Made by a program: the position numbers and the translations under genes. From contig NC_068984.1 in assembly GCF_001194135.2 (NCBI RefSeq), forward strand, positions 83,834,498-83,889,195: a DNA stretch of 54,698 nucleotides, written 5' to 3'. Below, piece by piece: positions 25,566 to 38,790 of the stretch. Each line of letters begins with the position of its first letter. Position 1 is the first letter of the stretch. Under the pieces are notes generated by a model. That model made no database searches. It was given only the letters and a program-made list of their open reading frames with translations, and was not told where the DNA came from. This DNA is from Octopus bimaculoides. Taxonomy: Eukaryota.

Positions 25566-27280
25566 TGTGGGTTTTTTTTTTTTTTAACAGGACATATTGG
25601 ATTAGGATAACTTCAACATGATTGACCAATCTATTATTTTATTGATATGAAACTATTCACTTAGTCAAAGTGTAGAATCAACTTTTAAGGCTTCACAGAA
25701 CATTTGCCCCATTGATTATTATTTTCTTTCTTTATTATGGGACAAGCCTACATTAACCTAGTTTGTGCATGAAATCAATCACTGTTGAGTTATCAGAGAA
25801 AGTACATGTAGAGTTCTGCTGAAGGACTTTTTTTAAAATACATATTTCATTTCATCTCATTACTAGAAATATTTTCTTCATAGTTTTTAATCAATTAATG
25901 CTGCTTCCTTCTTTTTAAGTAAAAGAACAAGGAAAATTGATTGTTAATTGTTGTGAATCAAAAATTACCTTGAGATTTCATTTTATGATCAAGAATGATA
26001 TTTTTTTTAAACATCAATAAGCTGTTATGAAATTTCCAAGTGTTTGTTTTATTTATTTATTACAATAAAGTATACATTTTGGAAAAGTAAAAAAAAAAAA
26101 CAAATCGCTGATTTAATTAGCTCTGCATCATTGTCAAGAGGTTAAACTTGCAACACATTTAAATCACCAACTTAAATATTACCGCTCAAATCCAATGAAT
26201 TTTAAATAGAAAACATGATACTTGGCCAAACTGATCACAAGACCTCGCTGACTCAAATCAACTGGTTATTCCAACTTATTTTTCCTATTAAATATAGATT
26301 TCTAACACAAAGCACAAGGTCATAAACTCTGTGGAAGGATATAGGTAATTCAGCTGACCTGGCACTTAAATGAAGCATCAGAATGACAGAAGCAAAATTA
26401 ACCTTCACATGATTTGAATTCAGAATGTTCATGTATTACTGAATTTGATATAACATGATTTTTACCTATAGACCAGTACAGATGTTTCTGTTCTCTTGTA
26501 CTGCTCAAATTATAACTCAGACATCCTTTACTCTCCACTAAGGCTCAAACTACCCATTCCCGAATAAGCTATATTACTGCAACTTTTTTTTCTAGCAAAA
26601 GATTTTTTTTTACTACTTCACATATACTTTCTCATATCAATAAAACACGGTTTTGCATTGAAACTGTGTCAGACATCCAGCTACAAATCGAAGAAATAGA
26701 ATTTTATATTTTAATTCATTGAGGCATCACAAATTTCCTCATTTCTTAGGTGGTGATTGAAGGAGACTAGATTCAGTATGGCTTTATTGTTGCTTTCTTC
26801 AGAATCATAGAAGGATGTGCATTCAGCATTGCAATCTGAGACATTTGTCAATTATACAGTACTATCAAAATTACCACCAAAGTTCTATGCACAGCTTTGT
26901 TGAATGAGCCTTGAAGAATTAAATGCATCAAAGATGCTGCAAAACTTAGGACATCCTTACTGTCATACTCATTTTTACATCTGCCCCTTCATTTCATGTT
27001 GACATGGGTTGGGTAGAACTTCTTGAAGTAGTGATTTATATAGTGGATGCTTATCATGCCTCTAACATGCAGAGATACAATGTACCTATTCTAAAAACTA
27101 AAACACAATACATACAAGGAAAAGACCAACCTTTATGCAAGTAGCATGATACTTTATGAAATTAGTCAATTATAAATGACAGAAATACTATTTCATTAAA
27201 ATATATAATGGAAGCTGCAGTTATAATTCAATTGCAAAAACAAAAAATGTTTTATGTCCTACATTTTCCCTCTTAGTTAC

Positions 27281-27368
27281 CTGGTACATATGTGGGTCAA
27301 ACCTGGGTGATGTTTGTGAAATGGAGTCTATACATGGACTTCTTGTTAAAGTGAACTTTCCAACAAAG
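27281..27368 (-). other. Candidate internal exon of an unidentified minus-strand transcript
   Basis: Acceptor gggactttcag| and donor CAG|GTAACT. 88 nt with one open frame (FVGKFTLTRSPCIDSISQTSPRFDPHMYQ). No homology recognised. Confidence 0.35.
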
Positions 27369-29510
27369 CTGAAAGTCCCAAATTTAAAACAATTGTTCAT
27401 TTAACAAATATAACGTGGCATCTTCAAATATTTGAGACATTACAGTACACAACAAAATGAACTGGCTCTTCAACTAAAATTGAATAAAATTATACAACAC
27501 ACATATTTAACTCTTCTGATACCAATCGATCCATTTTAAAGTGATATTTAAACTTTTTATATAAAACTTTAATCTTTCAAATATCAACTTCAAGTCAATG
27601 AAGTTAGTTGCTTTGATAATATCCCCTAACATTATTTTCAAAATTATAGAAGTTCATATGCTATATATAAATTTCATTAGCCATTTAGTCACGAAAATGG
27701 TTAAAGGTACCTCAAATAGACAATTCAAACGTATTGTTTTTAGATATTGACTTTTGCTCACTGATTAATTAAAAGAATTCTATCATAATTTAGCCTACAG
27801 GATGAACATATAGAAGGTCCAGCATTGGCTGCTCAGTATTTAGGCAATATATGATGACCTACATGAAATACATTTCTTTCATATTATTAATACCAAACAA
27901 TCTGAACATTTTGCAACAGTACATATACTAACTGACCAGTTATAATAAATGAGAGTTTGTTTTGTTTTTTTGTCTTTCCAAGTCTTAATTTTATTTTAAT
28001 GGGAGAAGGGGAAAACCTATTAACTACTTGTAGAAACTGAAACAAAATGAGAAAAAGTCGTCGATAGAAATAGTCTAGAATAGTGAAATATATCCAATAA
28101 AAATTAATATACAACGATATTTATATAAAATGTTTCAAAATGTTGAATTTATTACAATCTAAGACTAAATTTATTTTCACTTGTAATCAATATTGACGGT
28201 TGAACAACCGGGTAACATTGTCAACATAAATGTTACTGTCTGTTGTTAAGCACCGAGTCAACCGTGATCGAGAAGACATGACCAACCGCATTCTACCCGT
28301 GACCAACCTGTCTATTTTGGATGCTACTTCTAGCAGATCGAGTGATCACAGAGAGGCTCTTTCATAAGCTCGACCAGAATGAGTGATATGCAACTTAGTT
28401 CAATGATAAATTACTAGCTACAAATATTATTTAACTTGTTTGGACCTACAAAATTTCCATGAATGGTTGGATACAGAAAAAGATAATCAGTATTACTAAT
28501 TAAGATACAAATTGAAAACAATTAATTCAAGATCTGTTTTGAGAATCGAGATATCAAAGCTTTTTATAGATACAAATACCTAAAATTTAATGTACTCTAG
28601 TTTGAAAAACAAAATTATCACGGTAATTTATAATATATTATAAGTTTTTGTTGTTTTTTTTTAATATCTGTAATCATTAACCGAACCAACTTTTGTTAAT
28701 GACTTCCATTTTATTATAAATTCAGTGGATTCATGAAAAAAAAAACTGTCATAAATATTTGGCTGAGAGAGAAACAAAGCAACAATAATAACAGGTTTAA
28801 GAACGAATCTGAAATTCAGGCTTTCAGATTGATTTGGAAAACATTTCAAATTATAACGTAAAGTAAATTATCTATTTTCATTAGCGGAAGTTGACAACTC
28901 TCAGAATTCAGCATTTGAATAGAAAAAAAAAATTACTTAAGATTTCATCGACTACAAAAGCTGCCAACCTGTCAAAACTCCTTTAGGGTACACAAGAATA
29001 GTGATGTTAACAAAGCAGAATTAGAGACATATTCCCAAAATGGAGGGATTATTAAACAGCAAACACAATCCACACTACGAAATATCTGGATTACCAACAA
29101 ACAAATAAGCATCGAATAGGAAGATATAAGCAATAATAAACATTATCAACTAAACAGGAAGTGGTTAAATAGCAAAACCTTCCTAACTTGATTTTTTTTT
29201 TCAGCAACAACCCCGGGAAAAATTAATTTTTTGATTTTATTGAAAAGTAATACAATTTTTTTTAAAGTAAAAATATAAATGGAGACAGAATGATTTCAAC
29301 TCCATGGCAGGCTGACTATCATCCATTTTAAGTTCGATCATTAAAAATAGAGTCGCTGTTAACTTTTGCATATATACACCCCCACACACATACTGAAAAC
29401 AACCACTGCCGCCACTGTCTTATTAAATTTTAATATCATTAAAAAAAAAAAGCACTTTTAAAAGTAGAATCAGATTGGCCTGAGACCTGCCCCACCTTGC
29501 TTCTACTTAC

Positions 29511-31790
29511 CTGACATGAGGTGGGTTTTAACAGTGTTTTTATTGATAATAGTCAGGAGGAGACAACAAGAGCCAAAAATCATGTCACACATGGACGTAT
29601 AAACAAATGACTGGAGCTTGTATATAGGCTGACATTCAAACATATTGTTATATAAAAGAATTTGAGAAGAAAAATGAGCAACAGCTTCGAATGACATATG
29701 GACAAAAAATAGCAAACATAAACTATACTAAAACTCATGCAACCACATAGACACAGCAAAGATATAGTTCTCTTCTATTCCTTTACTGGCCAGTTCAACA
29801 AACTAGAACGCCTTGACTGATCTCACTAAACAATATTCTCTGCTCAAGATTAATGAGTTAAGAGGTGGAAACTGGAAACCCAAAGAAGAAAGAAAAATAA
29901 CCAAACAAGCATTTCTACAAAAGGAGATACAAAGAATAGAGCGAAACACTCTTCCAATGGGTTGTGAAGTCCGTTTGTATGAAATAAGGCCAACATCTTA
30001 AATCTGGAATATTGAAAGGAGGCCGAAATTTCGGCACAGTCCTAAAGCTAACACCCTGCCACGCTCAGTGAGATTATCAACCAGTGCTGGTCATTGCATT
30101 TTAAAGGTAAGTTTTCAAACGGGCGTGTGAAGGCAGGGTTCGAGATAAACTTGAACGATTAAATCATTTCATATTTTATACTACCGTAAATACGAACGCA
30201 AAACTCCTCGAGAGTGGAGCCCATAAGGTCGCGACCAGAAACGAGGCGGAACCGCACAACCTCCAGTGAGTTCCGACTACTGTCAGCTTTGAAGGACAAC
30301 ACAGTATAGAAAAATGAAACAGCAGACACGCAATACACTTCGAACAATATCAAATAAAACTCTGAAAATAATGGGTAAAAAGTAGAATGAACTATTACGT
30401 TTTTTCAATCAGTATAGAAATTTAATTTATCTTTTTAAAATGCTCTTAATCCGAGGTTACCCCCCGACGCTGTTGCGAAACATTCAAAATACTACCATGA
30501 TAAACTGTACAAAACGCTTTCGCATTACTTGTTTTGAATTCAGTAATCCAAGGAGAAGACCTTGTCACGAATAAATTTTAAAATAAATACCTTTAAAGGT
30601 GTTAAACCTTCCTACGAAGTCACTTGTATCACATACGCCATCGAACAATAACAACCGCCGCCATTTGCAATACTGCTACTGGGCATGCGTTAATTAGGTC
30701 AGGAATTCTGGGAACGAGGCCTGTTAGTGGCGCGATCCCAGGGTTAAACTTCTACCTTACCATCTCGTGTTCGAACCTCACTAACATTTCGAATTGTATT
30801 TTTTTTTTAAATCTCAAATGATGGCTTTATTTTGGAAAGGGTAAAAATACTAAACATTGTGACAATTTAGAAGACAATATCAATGCGTCTTACTCGTAAG
30901 TTGGTTAGCTCTCGATCAGGTAACTTACTGTTGATCATCATCTTAGTGAGCTAACCGTGAAGAAAAACAGCCTGTTGGTTTCCTGAATTAAATATGAACC
31001 TACACTTCGAACATGCAGAAAGTAATGTTCATTTATCTTCATATTGAAAAATCCTCATATTACTCTTCCCTTATAAGTTGTGAAATCGTATTATTCACGC
31101 AGTTGCTTCATTTTCGATGGCCACACACCAGTGAATGTCAACCAAAATCCTATTTTAAAAAATCAACTTCAGACCATGACTGAGTTTTATTTCCCCCTTT
31201 CTGCTTTTTTGCGTGCTTAAAAACTATTGTGGATATGATTTATTCAATTCATCAATATGAATTTTGGAAATATTTTTGGCAAAATGGGTTGAAAATAAAA
31301 TATTGAGATTAATAAGTACCTTTTATTGCATGAAGTTTTAGACTTAGACATTTTAACAAATGTCTAATTTAACCTAAAACTTCATATTTCTACCAGTTTA
31401 AAATCATAACAAATTATAAATCTAATGTGGGTGCGTGAAATATTTTTTCTTTTGATTGCTGGGGCTGTTTGAAACTGACAGTTTGTTTCAATTATAAATT
31501 AATACAGGAAAGAAACAAAATTAAACAACAATCTCTTAATTATATTTTGCATCTTTTTTTTTCAATAAATGAAAAAATTAGCCCGCTTCTAAAATAATAA
31601 TAATAAATAAAAACAATGTAAGCTTCGCTGAAAATTATTGGGAAGAATAAAAATGAGTATATTCGAAACAGTAGAGTTCAGTACACGTGGATAACAAGTT
31701 AACCTTTCGACCCTTCCTCACCTCCCTGGTCATTAAGCAAAGTTTCTCATTCGGCCCAACATGGCGTACCGGTGGGATGAAAATCTGTTT
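29511..31790. promoter_or_regulatory. Putative bidirectional promoter / first-exon region
   Basis: CpG-retaining sequence. Donors: minus CAG|GTAAGT at 29511/29510, plus AAG|GTAAGT at 30106/30107, minus ATG|GTAAGG at 30761/30760. YY1-like CCGCCATTT near 30658-30666, CACGTG at 31684-31689, CAACATGGCG at 31757-31766. Confidence 0.5.
30185..30286 (-). other. Candidate 102-nt exon
   Basis: Acceptor tgttgtccttcaaag| and donor ACG|GTAGTA; GC-rich; length divisible by 3; two open frames (LTVVGTHWRLCGSASFLVATLWAPLSRSFAFVFT and DSSRNSLEVVRFRLVSGRDLMGSTLEEFCVRIY). Confidence 0.3.
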
Positions 31791-34035
31791 TATTTCATGA
31801 TAATAAATGAATAAAGAGCTTGCGTATAAGAAATTATTCTAGGAGAAAAGTATTTGTATAATGATTGACAGAATATTTTGAACATATTGATATAGTACTT
31901 AGGCAGTTCGGATGGTACATATTTTTGTCCTGGACGAGGTCTTTAATTTTCCTTCAAATATATATACATACGTTTCTATAGTTATATGGGTGGGTGTTTA
32001 TCACAAAAAGTGAAATACTATCCGATTTAGATGCACACACTATACCAGTTTGCTAATATTGAGGCCAGGTTGTAAGTAATAACTGAGTAGAATTATATAG
32101 GTATAATATTTGCGTGTATGTATTAAGCTGCATTATTTCACCCGCCCTATCTATGCCTATATTTAATAGTTATATTCATGAAGAGCTTAAATTTACTAAG
32201 AATTTCCTCAGATGCAAGTATTATCGGCTGAAATTTACTTGAAAACTCAGCAGCTCAAAAATTAAATCCCGAAAGAAAGAAAAAGAGAAAGCATCAAAGT
32301 TTATTTAACCTGTTGTCCAGTATATGGGAAGTAATTATGACATTTAATGAAATTTTTATTTATTTATTTTTTTTATTTACAACTCCATCAATTATTGTTT
32401 TCCTATATCAATACTTAGTACTTGTCTGACGCATTTCTTTTATACTCCTTCTGAGACGATTTATCTATTAGCGAATAATAATAACGGTTTAGAAAACTAA
32501 TATGGGACAGTTTGACTGATATGGCTGGTTGGTTTAAAGGGCAGGGATTTTTTGTAGCCAGCTAGGCTATTTTGAATTCTAATGAATGCCAATGCAACAG
32601 TGTGCTGCCGCCGAATGGAAGCGGTTTTCTCCTGTCTCTTTATTATTCATTTATGGGTGGAGGGAGTGAAAAGCGAGATGCAGGGTTAAATGTCGAGTGG
32701 CAAGCCTTCACTTCAGTCGCTCCACCCTTATCGTCCACGTAGTGATTAACAACGTTTCTGGTCGTTACTCAAACTAATTCCACCCTTTGACTATGTATGA
32801 CTTGCCACTCGTATTAGTGTTGTTTGTTTTTAATTCTTTTTATTAACTTTCTCTTCTTTTCGATGCTTTATAGCGGACACATTTTGACCATATAGTGAAC
32901 AAATTTATGTGGACAGAATTTAATAGCTATATATTTTATCCAATATTCGTTTGGAGAAACTCTAGCCAGAGTTGTAGATATTTTACTTAAATCTTCCATT
33001 TATGGACTCTTTAATTGTGCACTGTTGTTTTAGGATATATTACGTATATAAAATAAATACGCCATACGTTCATTATATATATATATATATATATAATGGG
33101 TTTGTGTATGGCGTACCCTGTAGTTTCATGAGTGTGTCAGAGTTCTGAATGCAATAAAATCAGCGATCCGGCTGAGATTCTAATAAAGCTGGAAGCTTAA
33201 GTTTCTAAAGTCCTTGAAACGCATTAATGTCACATCTTCCTATTTTATTTACTAAATATGCAAACAAAAATAATATACATCTATATCCATTTTGAGTATG
33301 TGTATGTAGCCAATTGACGTGCGCACGTAATGGGATGAAATTAAATACTTTTCTACTTTTTCCATAGATGAATTACAGTTAACGAAATTTTCTTGGTAAT
33401 AGAAACCAGGCGAATTACATTTCTAGAGGAGAGTCTAAGTTCCGTTCTGTTTTTTTTAGTTTGCAAACAATTTCTCCATTTTTTTTTTCTTTTTGTGTGT
33501 GTGTGTGTGTAACCAAGCCACTTCCTATCCTGTCCACTACCAACCACCACAAAGATCGATACCAGAATAACGTATGGACGATAGCTAACATTAGTAAGAT
33601 TTCATAACATAATTTACAAAAGCTTTCCTGCTCTGGAATCGACAGTTATTATGATGGAAGGTGGAAATGTTTATAAAAAATATAGTATATGGATGAACTA
33701 ATAAAGATAGTTATGATAGTAAGCTGTTGCTGCTCTACATAACGCCCCACAAAGAAATGGCTCTCATCTGAAGTCGGTAATCTGTGACATTTACCCATGT
33801 TTACTGCTTATAAACAATAATACAAATATACACTGAAGATTATATATGTAACCATATCCTTTATCCGATGTTTGCAGCGGTCTTCGGTGTGGCCACGAGA
33901 CAAGCCGAGTTCTTTCTCCCAAGGGTTTCTTGCAAGCGACACCAATGTCGCAGATAGTAGCAACGCCGTACCCGAGTTATTACTCTAAATCTATTGGTAG
34001 TTTAGTTAGGATTGACGGTTGTACAGTTTATATGG

Positions 34036-34069
<34 letters not shown>

Positions 34070-34239
34070 TACACACAGAGCCATAGTTGGCGCTGTTTCT
34101 TCTATTTAGTGCTACTTTAAGAAACTAAGACAACCACAATAATCTTGATTTCTGAGTGTGTGTTTATAGAAAGATAGATAGAAAGGTAGATAGATGAACT
34201 AAAAAGTGACTTTTTTTATCTTCTCTGTCATATTTACGT

Positions 34240-37200
34240 GGCCCATTCAACACAGCTTGCTGCCATCAATATCATCGACATACTAATAAACTTGTCTTTT
34301 TATTCTTCTATGCCAGTCCTTTCTGTCTTTCACTATTTCGTCACACTTTAGTCATTCTGTCTCTCTTCAAGCTGAGTATCTTTACTTATTTTTTACTCTT
34401 CTTCGACGTCTCAAGAGACAATTGCTCTCTTACTTTTTTTATTTAAAAACTCACTCACTCTTCTCTCTATCTGCTTTTCTTCTTCGTTTTATTAAATTTC
34501 TCTCTTCGTTTTTCTCCGACCACTGCTAAGCATCTCGCTCCCATTTTATCACTCTTCTCTTATTCGCTCTGCCCCTATGCATCTCTCAATCTTATTTCCC
34601 TTGTTTCTATCTATATCTGCCTTTCTCTCTCTCCGCATCTCTACAAGTGACTTCTTTCGCATATATCGAACGTTATATAATATATATATATATATATATA
34701 TACATACACTCACAGTCAACCATTAACATCGACCACCCGTGTGTATATATATATATATATATATATAGATGTATATATAAGACGTTATTTATGCATGCGT
34801 CTGTTTATTTTCAACTCCTTCCAATTTTTTTTTTCTTTTCGTCCATCAAAATGAAAATAAATGTATACAGTAGGAGGGTGTAGAAATTCATCAAGAAAAA
34901 TTTCATGCCTGACGGACATAATGGGGAGGGAGAACATTCAGTTATTACAACTGCAGCTCTAACACCCGCCGTAATGAAAAGTGCTCCGGTTGGCTTCAGA
35001 AAATCTTACCTAGAATTTTTTTTATTTTTTATCTTGTTTATTTTTTTCACTTCTTCGGCAGTTGGGTGTGTCTATCGTTGATTTTCAACTTGCAGACAAG
35101 CTACTGCCCACCCTAAAACCTATCGATTTCTACTTCATTTTCCATAATATATCAAATTTTTTTTTTAAGTTTAAGCATCCAAGACAATGATTTTTCTTAT
35201 ATAAAATTTCGAATTTTCTGTTATTAGATTTTTACCTGTTTAGTGTTTAATCGATGATTTGCTTTCTAATTACCATGGGAGGGAGGGAGTATAATGAAAT
35301 TATGTGCGAAAAAAAATTAGATGATTGGAAAACAATTGGGGGGTTTTCTTACATAATGATCTAATTCCTAACCAGAAAATATTGCCCCTTTTTAAAAACT
35401 GAAGAATTATTCTTTTTAGACGTGATTTTGCGTTGAGACACGTGGCGTTTTATATTAGATTCCCCAAAGAGAATTGAGTAGCTGTCTTCCATGAAAAAGG
35501 AAATATTTTCTCTTATTACCTGATTGATTCTTTTTTCTTTTCTTTTTAATATTTAATATCTTCCCATGAATAATAATACTATGGCATGCAGCAATATAGA
35601 TTTTTAATTTACTTCGGTAAAAGTCTAATAAAGGTTGAAATGGAGTCGGTTATGAGTGAAGCGTATACTAACTTCACAACTTGCGCCATGACAGTTTGCC
35701 ATGCTGTCTCTCAGCTCTACAAGTTTCCGTTTCCATCACATCCCTCCCCTTCTTTACCATAATTGCTACCACTTCTTTATTTATATACTCTTTCCTTCAC
35801 TGATCTGTTAAACCCTCCTCTGTATGATTTTACTAGTCTTCTTTTCTTAGTACTTAAGCTTTTCCACTCTTTCTTTCACTCATTCACCTGCTACTGTTTT
35901 GAGCGAGTAATGTTTACCTCCTTCTTCAATTCGTTCTTCTACTCTCTTCCTTTCTCTCGCTCTTTCGTCTTACTCTAATTGCATCCACACTCAACGTCAC
36001 ACTTGATGTCACTAAATATCCCCTATACTTCACTCAGTAATTTCTCCTCCTCCTCCTCTTCTCCTTCCGACCTTGTCAATCACTATCTCTCTTTTTCTAT
36101 CTGTCTCTATCTCTAAATCCTACTCAAATTGCATCCACGTTCAACGTCACTAAATTCCCCTCATACTTTTTTTCCCTTCTGCTCCCAATACTCTTTATTC
36201 GTCCTTTCCCACCCTCTTCTTTCTGACGTTCGTATTTCTGCTATATTTCAATGTATTTATTAGTTTCTTCGATCTGTAAACTCTTCAACATTTTCCTTCC
36301 TAACTTTCAGTTTCTTTACCATATTTGATTCTTTCAATAACTATCTCAGTAATAATACCTTTCATATAATGTTATTTTCTTCTTTGTGTTCATTTCCTTC
36401 AGCTAGCTTTAGCTTTTTTGTCAACACGTCTCTTTTTTTTATGTGTGTACTTTCACAAGATTCTTGTTTCGATTTCTATCATTTTTAATAATTTACTTCA
36501 GAATTATTACTATTTGTCACTATTTTATTAACTTCGCTTCTATAGCTCGGCCTTTCCTATTTGACTTTCAAGCTTTCTTTCTTTTCCACCCTCTAGCTCC
36601 GTCGCACTTCATTCTTATATTTCTCACTGGAGTTCGCAACTTCTTCATAGCCATTTCCTCTGCCTTTCACTCGTTCACTCCGATCCTTACTCCTCTTCCT
36701 TTCACTCTTCCCCTATCCTCCACCCTCTCTCCGGCTTACCTCATCCCTCCTCTCTTTACAACTATTTTGTCCTCGTTTATTTCACTCTCTTTAGATTTTT
36801 CTCTATTTCACCTCTCTCCTTTTAGCTTCCTTTATTCTCCCCTTCGTTCCTTTTCCCTTCATACATTACATATCCCTCATTTTCTTCACTATATTCTCAG
36901 ACTTCTGTCTTCTCTTATTTCTTTGATCCACTCTTCACTCATTCCTTCGTCGTTTCCTGTGTCATTTCTATATTTTCTCTGCATCTACCACCCATTTTTT
37001 AAAAATTCTCACCCCTCACTGTGTTCGTTTCACTTTATATTCGTGTTTTTCTTTCTTGACTCGACTTCTCGTCATTCTACCCCTTCAGTTTTCAGTCTTA
37101 TTTCCTTTCTTTTTAAACATCATCTTACTTTATTCTATTATTCTCTTTCTCTCCATCGAACCTCTCCTTACAGCCTGCTGTTCCGTATTCTTTATTTCTC

Positions 37201-37500
37201 CGATTCAACCTTCTTCCCCGCCTTATTTTTCTTTTCGCCTTTTACTCTTACTGTAACTCTCCCTCTTACATCTCCATCTTTCTTGGCCACACCCTCTCTA
37301 TCTCTACTCCTTTCCTCCACCTCATTCTGACTTTAAATTTTCTCCTACCTCCGCCTTTCTTTCACTTCTTATTACTCCTTCATCTTTCTCGTTTCTCCAT
37401 CTCTCTCCCCCTCTCTCGTTGCAGTCTTCTCCTCTTCCCTTCCCCAGTTTCTTTATAGTTCTGCCGCCATTGTTTGCAAAAAAATTTTTTTCTTTTGTTC
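34240..37500 (+). repeat. Long pyrimidine-rich (CT-rich) low-complexity region with TA microsatellites
   Basis: Strong C+T bias on the plus strand; an internal short direct repeat aattgcatccac..tcaacgtcac near 35978 and 36128. Confidence 0.8.
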
Positions 37501-38245
37501 GTTGTCCCAGTGACAACCTGATGCGCTTTCTTCACATGTTGAAAGCTCTTCTAAATATTCGCCGCTTTATCCACAAACAACCACACAGGTGTGTATACAC
37601 ACACACATCTATATTTATATCTGTCTCTATATATGTATGTGTGTGTGTGTATAGATGGTTGAATGAGTTGTCAATATCTCTAATATATTTACGTAAATTA
37701 AAATTGATATTGCGTGTAAACAAATACTGAAAGAAGAAAGTAGTACAGTCACATCTCAATGCACGCTCTTCTGATATGGTAAGAGTTGCCGAGCTCGAAT
37801 TCTAGTCAAGAACTATTGTTATTACACACACACAACCATGAACGCTTTGCGCGTAACTCCGAGTAGTTAGGGTGTGAATCATCGACTTTAATAAATAAAT
37901 TCTGCTTCATGAATTTTACTCTTTTTTTTTTTTTCTTCGTTCCTAAAACTAAACTTTAAAGGAAAAGAATGTAAGCTCTAGTCGAAACAAGTACGCGATC
38001 CAGTTTCGATTCCCGCTTGCAGTTATTTTGCCGCCAATGCCCTTGAAATATGTCTGAATGTCAAAGCAATCTACACTCACTTTTCCCTTAAGTCTATTAA
38101 ACTTGGCACCCTGTTGTAGTTGCACCACGTGTGAAAGATATCCGAATTAGTAGTTTCAAAAATCATGTATTTAAATTATAGAATCTCTCTATATATATGT
38201 ATAATTTTATATATAAGTATTATATGAATATATGTATGTTGTACA

Positions 38246-38466
38246 TACGAGGGGGTGTTGAAAAGTTATTGGCTTTAAGGGTGTCGCGAAAGGCCTGGCT
38301 GGAGGCCCAGCCTTCCGAGTTCTTTTACATGGCTTAGAAAAACTGAAGGACCCCTGCAATAAGTATGTGAATCTGAGAGGGGAATATGTTGAATGAAATT
38401 ATAATTAACTGATATTCTTGTATTTTCTTTTACCCAAAACCAAAAACTTTTCAGTACCCACTCGTA
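38246..38466 (+). mobile_element. 221-bp mariner-derived MITE
   Basis: TA-flanked ~31-bp TIRs (tacgagggggtgttgaaaagttattggcttt versus the reverse complement tacgagtgggtactgaaaagtttttggtttt). The interior encodes the mariner C-terminus GLEKLKDPCNKYVNLRGEYVE*. Confidence 0.9.
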
Positions 38467-38505
38467 TATATGTATATGTATATTGTGCATATAGATATAA
38501 TATTT

Positions 38506-38568
<63 letters not shown>

Positions 38569-38579
38569 CATATATATTT

Positions 38580-38790
38580 ATTATCATCATCATCATGATT
38601 TAAGGTGGTTTCGGGAGGAAGTAAAAGATGACTGCACCAAGCTCTGCTGTCTACTTTGGCATGATTTCTACAGCTGGATGCTCTTCCAAACGCCAACCAT
38701 TTTACAGTGTATACTGGGTGCTTTTTACATAGCACCAGCAGCACTGAGGTCACCAAGTAATTTGCAAGACAAGAAGACCCCTCAACTGAT
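38580..38790 (-). mobile_element. SINE-like family A fragment
   Basis: catcatcat tail plus gatttctacagctggatgctcttccaaacgccaacc core. Confidence 0.75.

Noticed and set aside
29813-30001. 62-aa plus-strand ORF (MTDLTKQYSLLK...)
   Set aside because: TTG start, no recognisable motif, and located in a putative promoter/UTR region.
30185-30286. Resemblance of EVVRFRLVSGRDLMGSTLEEF to the DUF296/PPC-domain N-terminus
   Set aside because: Similarity is short and weak, and no downstream exon with the expected conserved motifs was found.
36443-37330. 295-aa ORF, the longest gap-free ORF, as a membrane protein
   Set aside because: F/L/S/P composition follows directly from CT-rich low-complexity DNA; no domain motifs.
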